Source of the DNA: Eledone cirrhosa
Lineage: Eukaryota
Reading direction: 5' to 3'
Length of the DNA stretch: 64,000 nt
Assembly: GCA_964016885.1 (NCBI GenBank)
Contig: OZ024744.1
Location: 41,788,001 to 41,852,000 of the forward strand
In this document: positions 26,401 to 41,400 of the stretch, one piece after another
Numbering within the stretch: position 1 is the first letter of the stretch
Layout: every line of letters begins with the position of its first letter
Program-made: the position numbers and the translations under genes
The notes under the pieces: model-generated
The model's input: the letters and a program-made list of their open reading frames with translations, nothing else
Databases searched by the model: none
What the model was told of the DNA's origin: nothing

Positions 26401-29400
26401 TGTCTGAATGATATGTATGTAGATATGGGGACTGTTGGTGTCTGAATGATATGTGTGTAGGTATGGGGACAGTTGGTGTCTGAATTATATGTGTCTAGGT
26501 ATGGGGACTGTTGGTGTCTGAATATGTGTGTGTAGGTATGGGGACTGTTGGTGTCTGAATGATATGTGTGTAGGTATGGGGACTCTTGGTTTCTCAATAT
26601 GTGTGTAGGTATGGGGACTGTTGGTGTCTGAAGGATATGTGTGTAAGTATGGGGACAGTTGATGTCTCAATATGTATCTAGGTATGGGGAGTGTTGGTGT
26701 CTCAATATGTATGTAGGTATGGGGACTGTTGATTTCTCAATATGTATGTAGGTATGGGGACTGTTGGTGTCCGAATGATATGTATGTAGGTATGGGGACT
26801 GTTGGTGTCTCAATATGTATGTAGGTATGGGGACTGTTGGTGTCTCAATATGTATGTAGGTATGGGGACTGTTGATTTCTCAATATGTATGTAGGTATGG
26901 GGACTGTTGGTGTCTGAATGTGTGTGTGCAGGTATGGGGACTGTTGGTGTCTGAATGATATGTGTGTAGGTATGGGGACAGTTGGTGTCTGAATGATATG
27001 TGTGTAGGTATGGGAACTGTTGGTGTCTCAATATGTATGTAGGTATGGAGACTGTTGTTATCTCAATATGTATGTAGGTATGGTGTCTGTTGATTTCTCA
27101 ATATGTGTGTAGGTATGGGGACAGTTGGTGTCTGAATTATATGTATGAAGGTATAGCGGCTGTTGGTGTCTGAATTATATGTGTCTACGTATGGGGACTG
27201 TTGGTGTCTGAATATGTGTATGTAGGTATGGGGACTGTTGGTGTCTGAATGATATGTTTGTAGGTATGGGGACTCTTGGTTTCTCAATATGTATGTAGGT
27301 ATGGGGACTGTTGGTGTCTGAATGATATGCGTGTAGGTATGGGGACAGTTGGTGTCTGAATGATATGTATGTACATATGGGGACTGTTGGTGTCTGAATG
27401 ATATGTATGTAGGTATAGGGGCTGTTGGTGTCTGAATGATATGTATGTAAGTATGGGGACTGTTGGTGTCTGAATTATATGTGTCTAGATATCGGGACTG
27501 TTGGTGTCCGAATGATATGTGTGTAGGTATGGGGACTGTTGGTGTCTGAATGATATGTATGTAGGTATAGAGGGTGTTGGTGTCTGAATTATATTTGTCT
27601 AGGTATGGGGACTGTTGGTGTCTGAATGATATGTGTGTAGGTATGGGGACTGTTGGTGTCTGAATGATATGTGTCTAGGTATGGGGACTGTTGGTGTCTG
27701 AATGATATGTGTCTAGGTATGGGGACTGTTGGTGTCTGAATGATATGTGTGTAGGTATGAGGACTGTTGGTGTCTGAATGCTGTGTGTAGGTATGGGCAC
27801 TATTGGTGTCTCAATATGTATGTAGGTATGGGGACTGTTGATGTCTCAATATGTGTGTAGGTATGAGGACTGTTGATGGCTGAATATGTATGTAGGTATG
27901 GGGACTGTTGGTGTCTGAATGATATGTGTGTAAGTATGGGGACAGTTGATGTCTTAATATGTATGTAGGTATGGGGACTGTTGGTGTCTCAATATGTGCG
28001 TAGGTATGGGGACTGTTGGTGTCTGAATGATATGTGTGTAAGTATGGGAACTGTTGGTTTATCAATATCTTGTAGGTATGTGGACTGTTGGTGTCTGAAG
28101 GATATGTGTGTAGGTATGGGGACAGTTGATGTCTCAATATGTATGTAGGTATGGGGAGTGTTGGTGTCTCAATATGTGTGTAGGTATGTGGACTGTTGGT
28201 GTCTCAATATGTATGTAGGTATGGGGACTATTTGTGTCTGAATGATATGTGTGTGGGTATGGCAACTATTGGTGTCTTAATATGTATGTAGGTATGGGGA
28301 CTGTTGGTGTCTCAATATGTATGTAGGTATGGGGACTGTTGATTTCTAATATGTATGTAGGTATGGGGACTGTCGGTGTCTGAATGTGTGTGTGCAGGTA
28401 TGGGGACTGTTGGTGTCTGAATGATATGTATGTAGATATGGGGACTGTTGGTGTCTGAATGATATGTGTGTAGGTATGGGGACAGTTGGTGTCTGAATGA
28501 TATGTGTGTAGGTATGGGAACTGTTGGTGTCTCAATATGTATGTAGGCATGGGGACTGTTGTTGTCTCAATATGTATGTAGGTATGGTGACTGTTGATAT
28601 CTCAATATGTATGTAGGTATGGGAACTGTTGGTGTCTCAATATGTATGTAGGTATGGGGACTGTTGATTTCTTAATATGTATGTAGGTATGGGGACTGTT
28701 GGTGTCTGAATTATATGTATGTCGGTATAGGGGCTGTTGGTCTCTGAATTATATGTGTCTACGTATGGGGACTGTTGGTGTCTGAATATGTGTGTGTAGG
28801 TATGGGGACTGTTGGTGTCTGAATGATATGAGTGTAGGTATGGGGACTATTGGTTTCTCAATATGTATGTAGGTATGGGGACTGTTGGTGTCTGAATGAT
28901 ATGTTTGTAGGTATGGGGACAGTTGGTGTCTGAATGATATGTATATAGGTATAGGGGCTGTTGGTGTATGAATTATAAGTGTCTAGGTATGGGGACTGTT
29001 GGTGTCCGAATGATATGTCTCTAGGTATGGGGACTGTTGGTGTCTGAATGAAATGTGTGTAGGTATAGGGACTGTTGGTGTCTGAATGATATGTGTGTAG
29101 GTATATGGGCTGTTGGTGTCTGAATTATATGTGTCTAGGTATGGGGACTGTTTTTGACTGAATGATGTGTGTTGGTATGGGGAGTGTTGGTGTCCGAATG
29201 ATATGTGTGTAGGTATGGGGACTGTTGAATTCTGAATTCTATGTGTCAAGGTATGGGGACTGTTGGTGTCTGAATGATATGTGTGTAGGTATGGGGACTG
29301 TTGGTGTCTGAATGATATGTGTGTAGGTATGGGGACTGTTGGTGTCTGAATGATATGTATGTTGGTATGGGGACTGTTGGTGTCTGAATGATATGTGTGT

Positions 29401-32400
29401 AAGTATGGGGACTGTTGGTGTCTGAATGATATGTGTGTAGGTATGGGGACTGTTGGTGTCTGAATGATATGTGTCTAGGTATGGGGACTGTTGGTGTCTG
29501 AATGATATGTGTGTAGGTATGGGGACTGATGGTGTCTGAATGATATGTGTGTAAGTATGGGGACTGTTGGTGTCTGAATGATATGTGTGTAGGTATGGGG
29601 ACTGTTGGTGTCTGAATGTGTGTGTGTAGGTATGGGCACTGTTGGTGTCTGAATCATATGTATGTAGGTATGGGGACTGTTGGTGTCTCAATATGTATGT
29701 AGGTATGAGGACTGTTGGTGTCTGAATGCTAAGTGTGTAGGTATGGGGACTGTTGGTGTCTCAATATGTATGTAGGTATGAGGACTGTTGGTGTCTGAAT
29801 GCTAAGTGTGTAGGTATGGGGACTGTTGGTGTCTCAATATGTATGTAGGTATGGGGACTGTTGGTGTCTCAACATGTATGTAGGTATCGGAACTGTCGGT
29901 GTCTCAATATGTATGTAGGTATGGGGACTGTTGATGTCTGAATATGTGTGTGTAGGTATGGGGACTGTTGGTGTCTGAATCATATGTGTTTAGGTATGGA
30001 GACTGTTGTTGTTTGAATGATATGTGTGTAGTTATGGGGACTGTTGGTGTCTGAATGATATGTGTGTTGGTATAGCGACTGTTGGTGTCTGAATGATATG
30101 TGTGTTGGTATGGGGACTGTTGGTGTCTGAATGATATGTGTGTTGGTATGGGGACTGTTGGTGTCTGAATGATATGTTTGTAGGTATGGGGACTGTTGGT
30201 GTCTGAATGATATGTGTATAGGTATGGGAACTGTTGGTGTCTCAATATGTATGTAGGTATGGCGACTGTTGATGTCTCAATATGTATGTAGGTATGGGGA
30301 CTGTTTTTGTCTGAATGTGTGTGTGTAGGTATGGGGACTGTTGGTGTCTGAATGATATGTATGTAGATATGGGTACTGTTGGTGTCTGAATGATATGTGT
30401 GTAGGTATGGGAACTGTTGGTGTCTCAATATGTATGTAGGTATGGGGACTGTTGATTTCACAATATGTATGTAGGTATGGGGACTGTTTTTGTCTGAATG
30501 TGTGTGTGTAGGTATGGGGACTGTTGGTGTCTGAATGATATGTATGTAGATATGGGTACTGTTGGTGTCTGAATGATATGTGTGTAGGTATGGGGACAGT
30601 TGGTGTCTGAATTATATGTATGTAGGTATGGGGACTGTTGGTGTCTGAATTATATGTATGTAGGTATAGGGGCTGTTGGTGTCTGAATTATATGTGTCTA
30701 AGTATGGGGACTGTTGGTATCTGAATATGTGTGTGTAGGTATGGGGACTGTTGGTGTCTGAATGATATGTGTATAGGTATGGGGACTCTTGGTTTCTCAA
30801 TATGTATGTAGGTATGGGGACTGTTGCTGTCTGAATGATATGTGTGTAGGTATGGGGACAGTTGGTATCTGAATGTTATGTATGTACATATGGGGACTGT
30901 TGGTGTCAGAATGATAAGTATATAGGTATAGGGGCTGTTGGTGTCTGAATTATATGTGTCCAGGTATGGGGACTGTTGGTGTCCGAACGATTTGTGTGTA
31001 GGTATGGGGACTGTTGGTGTCTCAATATGTATGTAGGTATGGGGACTGTTGGTGTCTCAATATGTGTTTAGGTATGAGGACTGTTGATGGCTGAATATGT
31101 ATGTAGGTATGGTGACTGTTGGTGTCTCAATATGTGTGTAGGTATGGGGACTGTTGGTGTCTCAATATGTATGTAGGTATGGGGACTGTTGGTGTTTGAA
31201 TGATATGTGTGTAGGTATGGGGACAGTTGGTGTCTGAATTATATGTATGTAGGTATGGGGACTGTTGGTGTCTGAATGATATGTATGTAGTTATAGGGGC
31301 TGTTGGTGTCTGAATTATATGTGTCTAAGTATGGGGACTGTTGGTGTCTGAATATCTGTGTGTAGGTATGGGGACTGTTGGTGTCTGAATGATATGTGTG
31401 TAGGTATGGGAACTGTTGGTGTCTCAATATGTATGTAGGTATGGGGACTGTTGCTGTCTGAATGATATGTGTGTTGGTATGGGAACTGTTGGTGTCTCAA
31501 TATGTATGTATGTATGGGGACTGTTTGTGTCTGAATGATATGTGTGTAGGTATGGGGACTGTTGGTGTCTGAATGATAAGTATGTAGGTATAGGGGCTGT
31601 TGGTGTCCGAATGATATGTGTGTTGGTATGGGGACTGTTGGTGTCCGAATGATATGTGTCTAGGTATAGGGACTGTTGGTGTCTGAATGATATGTGTGTA
31701 GGTATGGGGACTGTTGGTGTCTGAATGATATGTGTGTAGGTATGGGGACAGTTGGTGTCTGAATGATATGTGTGTAGGTATGGGGACAGTTGGTGTCTGA
31801 ATGATATGTGTCTAGGTATGGGGACTGTTGGTGTCTGAATGATATGTGTGTTGGTATGGGGACTGTTGGTGTCTGAATGATATGTGTGTTGGTATGGGGA
31901 CTGTTGGTGTCTGAATGATATGTGTCTAGGTATGGGGACTGTTGATGTCTGAATGATATGTGTCTAGGTATGGGGACTGTTGGTGTCTGAATGATATGTG
32001 TCTAGGTATGGGGACTGTTGGTGTCTGAATGATATGTGTCTAGGTATGGGGACTGTTGGTGTCTGAATGATATGTGTGTTGGTATGGGGACTGTTGGTAT
32101 CTGAATGATATGTGTGTTGGTATGGGCACTGTTGGTGTCTCAATATGTATGTAGGTATGGGGGCTGTTGGTGTCTGAATGATATGTATGTAGGTATGGGG
32201 ACTGTTTGTGTCTGAATGATATGTGTGTTGGTATAGGGACTGTTGATGTCTGAATATGTGTGTGTAGGTATGGAGACTGTTGGTGTCTGAATGATATGTG
32301 TGTTGGTATAGGGACTGTTGGTGTCTGAATGATATGTGTGTTGGTATGGGGACAGTTGGTGTCTGAATGATATGTGTGTTGGTATAGGGAATGTTGGTGT

Positions 32401-35400
32401 CTGAATGATATGTATGTAGGTATGGGGACTGTTGGTGTCCGAATTATATGTATGTAGGTATAGGGGCTGTTGATTTCTCAATATGTATGTAGGTATGCGG
32501 ACTGTTGGTGTCTCAATATGTATGTAGGTATGGGTACTGTTGGTGTCTCAATATGTATGTAGGTATGGGTACTGTTGGTGTCTCAATATGTATGTAGGTA
32601 TGGGGACTGTTGATTTCTCCATATGTATGTAGGTATGGGGACTGTTGGTGTCTGAATGTGTGTGTGTAGGTATGGGGACTGTTGGTGTCTGAATGATATG
32701 TATGTAGATATGGGGACTGTTGGTGTCTGAATGATATGTGTGTAGGTATGGGGACAGTTGGTGTCTGAATGATATGTATGTAGGTATGGGGACTGTTGGT
32801 GTCTGAATTATATGTATGTATGTATGTATAGGGGCTGTTGGTGTCTGAATTATATGTGTCTATGTATGGGGAGTGTTGGAGTCTGAATATGTGTGTGTAG
32901 GTATGTGGACTGTTGGTGTCTGAATGATATGTGTGTAGGTATGGGGACTGTTGGTGTCTGAATGATATGTGTCTAGGTATGGGGACTGTTGGTGTCTGAA
33001 TGATATGTGTGTTGGTATGGGGACTGTTGGTGTCTGAATGATATGTGTGTTGGTATGGGGACTGTTGGTGTCTGAATGATATGTGTGTTGGTATGGGGAC
33101 TGTTGGTGTCTGAATGATATGTGTGTTGGTATGGGGACTGTTGGTGTCTGAATGATATGTGTGTAGATATGGGGGCTGTTGGTGTCTGAATGATATGTGT
33201 GTTGGTATGGGGACTGTTGGTGTCTGAATGATATGTATGTAGATATGGGGACTGTTGGTGTCTGAATGATATGTGTGTAGGTATGGGGACTGTAGGTGTC
33301 TGAAAGATATGTGTGTAGGTATGGGGACTGTTGGTGTCTGAATGATATGTATGTAGGTATGGGGACTGTTGGTGTCTGAATATGTATGTGTGTAGGTATG
33401 GGGACAGTTGGTGTCTGAATGATATGTGTGTAGGTATGGGGACTGTTGGTGTCTGAATGATATGTGTGTAGGTATGGGGACTGTTGGTGTCTGAATATGT
33501 GTGTGATGGTATTGGGACTGTTGGTGTCTGAATGATATGTGTGTAGGTATGGGGACTGTTGGTGTCTGAATGATACGTATGTAGGTATGGGGACTGTTGG
33601 TGTCTCAATATGTGTGTAGGTATGGGGACTGTTGGTGTCCGAATGTTATGTGTGTTGGTATGGGGACTGTTGATGTCTCAATATGTATGTAGGTATAGGG
33701 ACAGGTGGTGTCTGAATGATATGTGTGTAGGTATGGGGACTGTTGGTGTCTGAATGATATGTATATAGGTATGGGGACTGTTGGTGTCTGAATGATATGT
33801 ATGTAGGTATGGGGACTGTTGGTGTCTGAATTATATGTGTCTAGGTATAGGGACTGTTGGTGTCTGAATGATATGTGTGTAGGTATGGGGACTGTTGGTG
33901 TCTGAATGATATGTGTGTAGGTATGGGGACAATTGGTGTCTGAATGATATGTATGTAACTATGGGGCCTGTTGATGTCTGAATTCTATGTGTGTTGGTAT
34001 GGGGACTGTTGGTGTCTGAATGATATGTATGTAGATATGGGGACTGTTGGTGTCTGAATGTGTGTGTGTAGGTATGGGGACTGTTGGTGTCTGAATGATA
34101 TGTATGTAGATATGGGGACTGTTGGTGTCTGAATGATATGTGTGTAGGTATGGGGACAATTGGTGTCTGAATGATATGTGTCTAGGTATGGGGACTGTTG
34201 GTGTCTGAATGATATGTGTCTAGGTATGGGGACTGTTGGTGTCTGAATATGTGTGTGATGGTATTGGGACTGTTGGTGTCTGAATGATATGTGTGTAGGT
34301 ATGGGGACTGTTGGTGTCTGAATGATACGTATGTAGGTATGGGGACTGTTGGTGTCTCAATATGTATGTAGGTATGAGGACTGTTGATGTCTGAATGCTA
34401 AGTGTGTAGGTATGGGGACTGTTGGTGTCTCAATATATATGTAGGTATGGGGACTGTTGATGTCTCAATATGTATGTAGGTATGGGGACTGTTGATTTCT
34501 CAATATGTATGTAGGTATGGGGACTGTTGGTGTCTCAATATGTATGTAGGTATGGGAACTGTTGGTGTCTCAATATGTATGTAGGTATGGGGACTGTTGA
34601 TTTCTCTATATGTATGTAGGTATGGGGACTGTTGGTGTCTGAATGTGTGTGTGTAGGTATGGGGACTGTTGGTGTCTGAATGATATGTATGTAGGTATGG
34701 GGACTGTTGGTGTCTGAATTATATGTGTGTAGGTATAGGGGCTGTTGGTGTCTGAATTATATGTGTCTAAGTATGGGACTGTTGGTGTCATAATATGTGT
34801 GTGTAGGTATGGGGACTGTTGGTGTCTGAATGATATGTGTGTAGGTATGGGGACTGTTGGTGTCTGAATGTTTATGTAGGTATGGGGACGGTTGATGTCT
34901 CAATATGTGTGTAGGTATCAGGATTGTTGATAGCTGAATATGTATGAAGGTATGGGGACTGTTGGTGTCTGAATGATATGTGTGTAGGTATGGGGACAGT
35001 TGATGTCTCAATATGTATGTAGGTATGGGGACTGTTGGTGTCTCAATATGTGTGTAGGTATGGGGACTGTTGGTGTCTCAATATGTATGTAGGTATGGGG
35101 ACTGTTGATGTCTCAATATGTATGTAGGTATGGGAACTGTTGATGTCTCAATATGTATGTAGGTATGGGGACTGTTGGTGTCTGAATGATATGTGTGTAG
35201 GTATGGGGACTGTTGATGTCTCAATATGTATGTAGGTATGGGGACTGTTGATGTCTCAATATGTATGTAGGTATGGGGACTGTTGATTTCTCAATATGTA
35301 TGTAGGTATGGGGACTGTTGGTGTCTGAATGATATGTGAGTAGGTATGGGGACAATTGGTGTCTGAATGATATGTGTCTAGGTATGGGGACTGTTGGTGT

Positions 35401-38400
35401 CTGAATATGTGTGTGATGGTATTGGGACTGTTGGTGTCTGAATGATATGTGTGTAGGTATGGCGACTGTTGGTGTCTGAATGATATGTATGTAGGTATGG
35501 GGACTGTTGGTGTCTCAATATGTATGTAGGTATGAGGACTGTTGGTGTCTGAATGCTAAGTGTGTAGGTATGGGGACTGTTGGTGTCTCAATATGTGTGT
35601 AGGTATGAGGACTGTTGATGTCTGAATGCTAAGTGTGTAGGTATGGGGACTGTTGGTGTCTCAATATGTATGTACGTATGGGAACTGTTGGAGTCTCAAT
35701 ATCTATGTAGGTATGGGGACTGTTGGTGTCTGAATTATATGTGTGTAGGTATGGGTACTGTTGGTGTCTGAATGATATGTGTGTAGGTATGGGGACTGTT
35801 GATGTCTGAATATGTGTGTGTAGGTATGGGGACTGTTGGTGTCTGAATGATATGTGTGTTGGTATAGGGACTGTTGGTGTCTGAATGATATGTGTGTTGG
35901 TATAGGGACTGTTGATGTCTGAATATGTGTGTGTAGGTATGGAGACTGTTGGTGTCTGAATGATATGTGTGTTGGTATAGGGACTGTTGGTGTCTGAATG
36001 ATATGTGTGTTGGTATGGGGACTGTTGGTGTCTAATTGATATGTATGTAGGTATGGGGACTGTTGGTGTCTGAATGATATGTATGTAGTTATAGGGGCTG
36101 TTGGTGTCTGAATTATATGTGTCTAGGTATGGGGACTGTTGGTGTCTCAATATGTGTGTGTAGGTATGGGGACTGTTGGTGTCTGAATGATATGTGTGTA
36201 GGTATGGGGACAGTTGGTGTCAGAATGATATGTATGTATATATGGGGACTGTTGGTGTCTGAATGATATGTGTCTAGGTATAGGGACTGTTGGTGTCCAA
36301 ATGATATGTGTGTAGGTATAGGGGCTGTTGGTGCCTGAATTATATGTGTCTAGGTATGGGGACTTTTGGTGTCTGAATGATATGTATGTAGATATGGGGA
36401 CTGTTAGTTTCTGAATGTGTGTGTGTAGGTATGGGGACTGTTGGTGTCTGAATGATATGTATGTAGATATGGGGACTGTTGGTGTCTGAATGATATGTCA
36501 GTAGGTATGGGGACAATTGGTGTCTGAATGATATGTGTCTAGGTATGGGGACTGTTGGTGTCTGAATGATATGTGTCTAGGTATGGGGACTGTTGATGTC
36601 TGAATATGTGTGTGATGGTATTGGGACTGTTTGTGTCTGAATGATATGTATGTAGATATGGGGACTGTTGGTGTCTGAATGATATGTGTGTTGGTATGGG
36701 GACTGTTGGTGTCTAATTGATATGTATGTAGGTATGGGGACTGTTGGTGTCTGAATGATATGTGTGTAGGTATGGGGACAATTGGTGTCTGAATGATATG
36801 TGTCTAGGTATGGGGACTGTTGGTGTCCGAATGATATGTGTCTAGGTATGGGGACTGTTGGTGTCCGAATGATATGTGTAGTAGGTATGGGGACTGTTGG
36901 TGTGTGAATTATATGTGTCTACGTATGGGGACTGTTGCTGTCTGAATGATATGTGTGTAGGTATGGGGACTCTTGGTTTCTCAATATGTATGTGGGTAAG
37001 GGGTCTGTTGGTGTCTGAATGATATGTGTGTAGGTATGGGGACAGTTGGTGTCTGAATGATATGTATATAGGTATAGGGGCTGTTGGTGTCTGAATTATA
37101 TGTGTCTAGGTATGGGGACTGTTGATGTCTGAATATGTGTGTCTAGGTATGGGGGCTGTTGGTGTCTGAATATGTGTGTGTAGGTATGGGGACAGTTGTG
37201 TCTGAATGATATGTGTGTTGGTATAGGGACTGTTGATGTCTGAATATGTGTGTGTAGGTATGGGGACTGTTGGTGTCTGAATGATATGTGTATAGGTATG
37301 GGGACTGTAGGTGTCTGAATGATATGTATGTAGGTATGGGGACTGTTGGTGTCTGAATGATATGTGTGTAGGTATGGGGACTGTAGGTGTCAGAATGATA
37401 TGTGTGTTGGTATGGGGACTGTTGGTGTCTGAATGCTATGTGTGTAGGTATGGGGACTGTTGGTGTCTCAATATTTATGTAGGTATGGGGACTGTTGGTG
37501 TCTCAATATGTGTGTAGGTATGGGGACTGTTGGTGTCTCAATATGTATGTAGGTATGGGGACTGTTGGTGTCTCAATATGTGTGTAGGTATGAGGATTGT
37601 TGATGGCCGCATATGTATGAAGGTATGGGGACTGTTGGTGTCTGAATGATATGTGTGTAGGTATGGGGACAGTTGATGTCTCACTATGTATGTTGGTATG
37701 GGGACTGATAGTGTCTCAATATGTGTGTAGGTATGGTGACTGTTGGTGTCTCAATATGTATGTAGGTATGGGGACTGTTTGTGTCTGAATGATATGTGTG
37801 TAGGTATGGGAACTGTTGGTGTCTCAATATGTATGGAGGTATGTGGACTGTTGATTTCTCAATATGTATGTAGGTATGGGGACTGTTGGTGTCTGAATGT
37901 GTGTGTGTAGGTATGGGGACTGTTGGTGTCTGAATGATATGTATGTAGATATGGGGACTGTTGGTGTCTGAATGATATGTGTGTAGGTATGGGGACAGTT
38001 GGTGTCTGAATGATATGTATGTAGGTAAAGGGGCTATTGGTGTCTGAATTATATGTGTCTACGTATGGGGACTGTTGGTGTCTGAATATGTGTGTGTAGG
38101 TATGGGGACTGTTGGTGTCTCAATATGTATGTAGGTATGGGTACTGTTGGTGTCTCAATATTTATGTAGGTATGGCGACTGTTGATGTCTCAATATGTGT
38201 GTAGGTATGAGGACTGTTGATGGCCGCATATGTATGAAGGTATGGGGACTGTTGGTGTCTGAATGATATGTGTGTAGGTATGGGGACAATTGATGTCTCA
38301 ATATGTATGTTGGTACGGGGACTGTTGGTGTCTCAATATGTGTGTAGGTATGGTGACTGTTGGTGTCTCAATATGTATGTACGTATGGGGACTGTTTGTG

Positions 38401-41400
38401 TCTGAATGATATGTGTGTAGGTATGGGAACTGTTGGTGTCTCAATATGTATGTAGGTATGGGGACTGTTGATTTCTCAATATGTATGTAGGTATGGGGAC
38501 TGTTGGTGTCTGAATGTGTGTGTGTAGGTATGGGGACTGTTGGTGTCTGAATGATATGTGAGTAGGTATGGGGACAATTGGTGTCTGAATGATATGTGTC
38601 TAGGTATGGGGACTGTTGGTGTCTGAATGATATGTGTCTAGGTATGGGGATTGTTGGTGTCTGAATATGTGTGTGATGGTATTGGGACTGTTGGTGTCTG
38701 AATGATATGTGTGTAGGTATGGGGACTGTTGGTGTCTGAATGATATGTGTGTAGGTATGGGGACTGTTGGTGTCTCAATATGTATGTAGGTATGGGGACT
38801 GTTGGTGTCTCAATATCTATGTACGTATGGGAACTGTTGGAGTCTCAATATGTATGTAGGTATCGGACCTGTCGGTGTCTCAATATATATGTAGGTATGG
38901 GGACTGTTGATGTCTGAATATGTGTGTGTAGGTATGGGGACTGTTGTGTCTGAGTGATATGTGTGTTGGTATAGGGACTGTTGATGTCTGAATATGTGTG
39001 TGTAGGTATGGAGACTGTTGGTGTCTGAATGATATGTGTGTTGGTATGGGGACTGTTGGTGTCTGAATGATATGTGTGTTGGTATGGGGACTGTTGGTGT
39101 CTGAATGATATGTGTGTTGGTATGGGGACTGTTGGTGTCTGAATGATATGTATGTAGATATGGGGACTGTTAGTGTCTGAATGATATGTGTGTAGGTATG
39201 GGGACAGTTGGTGTCTGAATGATATGTATGTAGGTATGGGGACTGTTGGTGTCTGAATGATATGTGTGTAGGTATGGGGACTGTAGGTGTCTGAATGATA
39301 TGTGTATTGGTATGGGGACTGTTGGTGTCTGAATGCTATGTGTGTAGGTATGGGGACTGTTGGTGTCTCAATGTTTATGTAGGTATGGGGACTGTTGATG
39401 TCTCAATATTTGTGTAGGTATCAGTATTGTTGATAGCTGAATATGTATGAAGGTATGGGGACTGTTGGTGTCTCAATGTTTATGTAGGTATGGGGACTGT
39501 TGATGTCTCAATATGTGTGTAGGTATCAGGATTGTTGATAGCTGAATATGTATGAAGGTATGGGGACTGTTGGTGTCTGAATGATATGTGTGTAGGTATG
39601 GGGACAGTTGATGTCTCAATATGTATGTAGGTATGGGGACTGTTGGTGTCTCAATATGTGTGTAGGTATGGGGACTGTTGGTGTCTCAATATGTATGTAG
39701 GTATGGGGACTGTTGATGTCTCAATATGTATGTAGGTAAGGGGACTGTTGATTTCTCAATATGTATGTAGGTATGGGGACTGTTGGTGTCTGAATGTGTG
39801 TGAGTAGGTATGGGGACTGTTGGTGTCTGAATGATATGTGAGTAGGTATGGGGACAATTGGTGTCTGAATGATATGTGTCTAGGTATGGGGACTGTTGGT
39901 GTCTGAATATGTGTGTGATGGTATTGGGACTGTTGGTGTCTGAATGATATGTGTGTAGGTATGGGGACTGTTGGTGTCTGAATGATATGTATGTAGTTAT
40001 AGGGGCTGTTGGTGTCTGAATTATATGTGTCTAGGTATGGGGACTGTTGGTGTCTGAATTATATGTGTCTACGTATGGGGACTGTTGGTGTCTGAATATG
40101 TTGTGTGTAGGTATGGGGACTGTTAGTGTGTGAATGATATGTGTGTAGGTATGGGGACTCTTGGTTTCTCAATATGTATGTGGGTAAGGGGTCTGTTGGT
40201 GTCTGAATGATATGTGTCTAGGTATGGGGACTGTTGGTGTCCGAATGATATGTGTGTAGGTATGGGGACTGTTGGTGTCTGAATGATATGTGTGTTGGTA
40301 TGGGGACTGTTGGTGTCTGAATGATATGTGTGTAGGTATGGCGACTGTTGATGTCTCAATATGTGTGTAGGTATGAGGACTGTTGATGGCCGCATATGTA
40401 TGAAGGTATGGGGACTATTGGTGTCTGAATGATATGTGTGTAGGTATGGGGACAGTTGGTGTCTGAATGATATGTATGTAGATATGGGGTCTGTTGGTGT
40501 CTGAATGATATGTGTGTAGGTATGGGGACTGTTGTTGTCTGAATGATATGTATGTAGGTATGGGGACTGTTGGTGTCTGAATGATATGTGTGTAGGTATG
40601 GCGACTGTTGATGTCTCAATATGTGTGTAGGTATGAGGACTGTTGATGGCCGCATATGTATGAAGGTATGGGGACTGTTGGTGTCTGAATGATATGTGTG
40701 TAGGTATGGGGACAGTTGGTGTCTGAATGATATGTATGTAGATATGGGGTCTGTTGTTGTCTGAATGATATGTATGTAGGTATGGGGACTGTTGGTGTCT
40801 GAATGATATGTGTGTAGGTATGGGGACTGTTGTTGTCTGAATGATATGTATGTAGGTATGGGGACTGTTGGTGTCTGAATGATATGTGTGTAGGTATGGG
40901 GACAGTTGGTGTCTGAATGATATGTATGTAGATATGGGGTCTGTTGTTGTCTGAATGATATGTATATAGGTATAGGGGCTGTTGGTGTCTGAATGATATG
41001 TGTCTAGGTATGGGGACTGTTGGTGTCTGAATGATATGTGTGTTGGTATGGGGACTGTTGGTGTCTCTATATGTATGTAGGTATGGGAACTGTTGGTGTC
41101 TCAATATGTGTGTAGGTATCAGGATTGTTGATGGCTGAATATGTATGAAGGTATGGGGACTGTTGGTGTCTGAATGATATGTGTGTAGGTATGGGGACAG
41201 TTGATGTCTCAATATGTATGTAGGTATGGGGACTGTTGGTGTCTCAATATTTTTGTAGGTATGGGGACTGTTGATGTCTCAATATATGTGTAGGTATGAG
41301 GACTGTTGGTGTCTCAATATGTATGTAGGTATGGAGACTCTTGGTGTCTCAATATGTATGTAGGTATGGGGACTCTTGGTGTCTCAATATGTATGTAGGT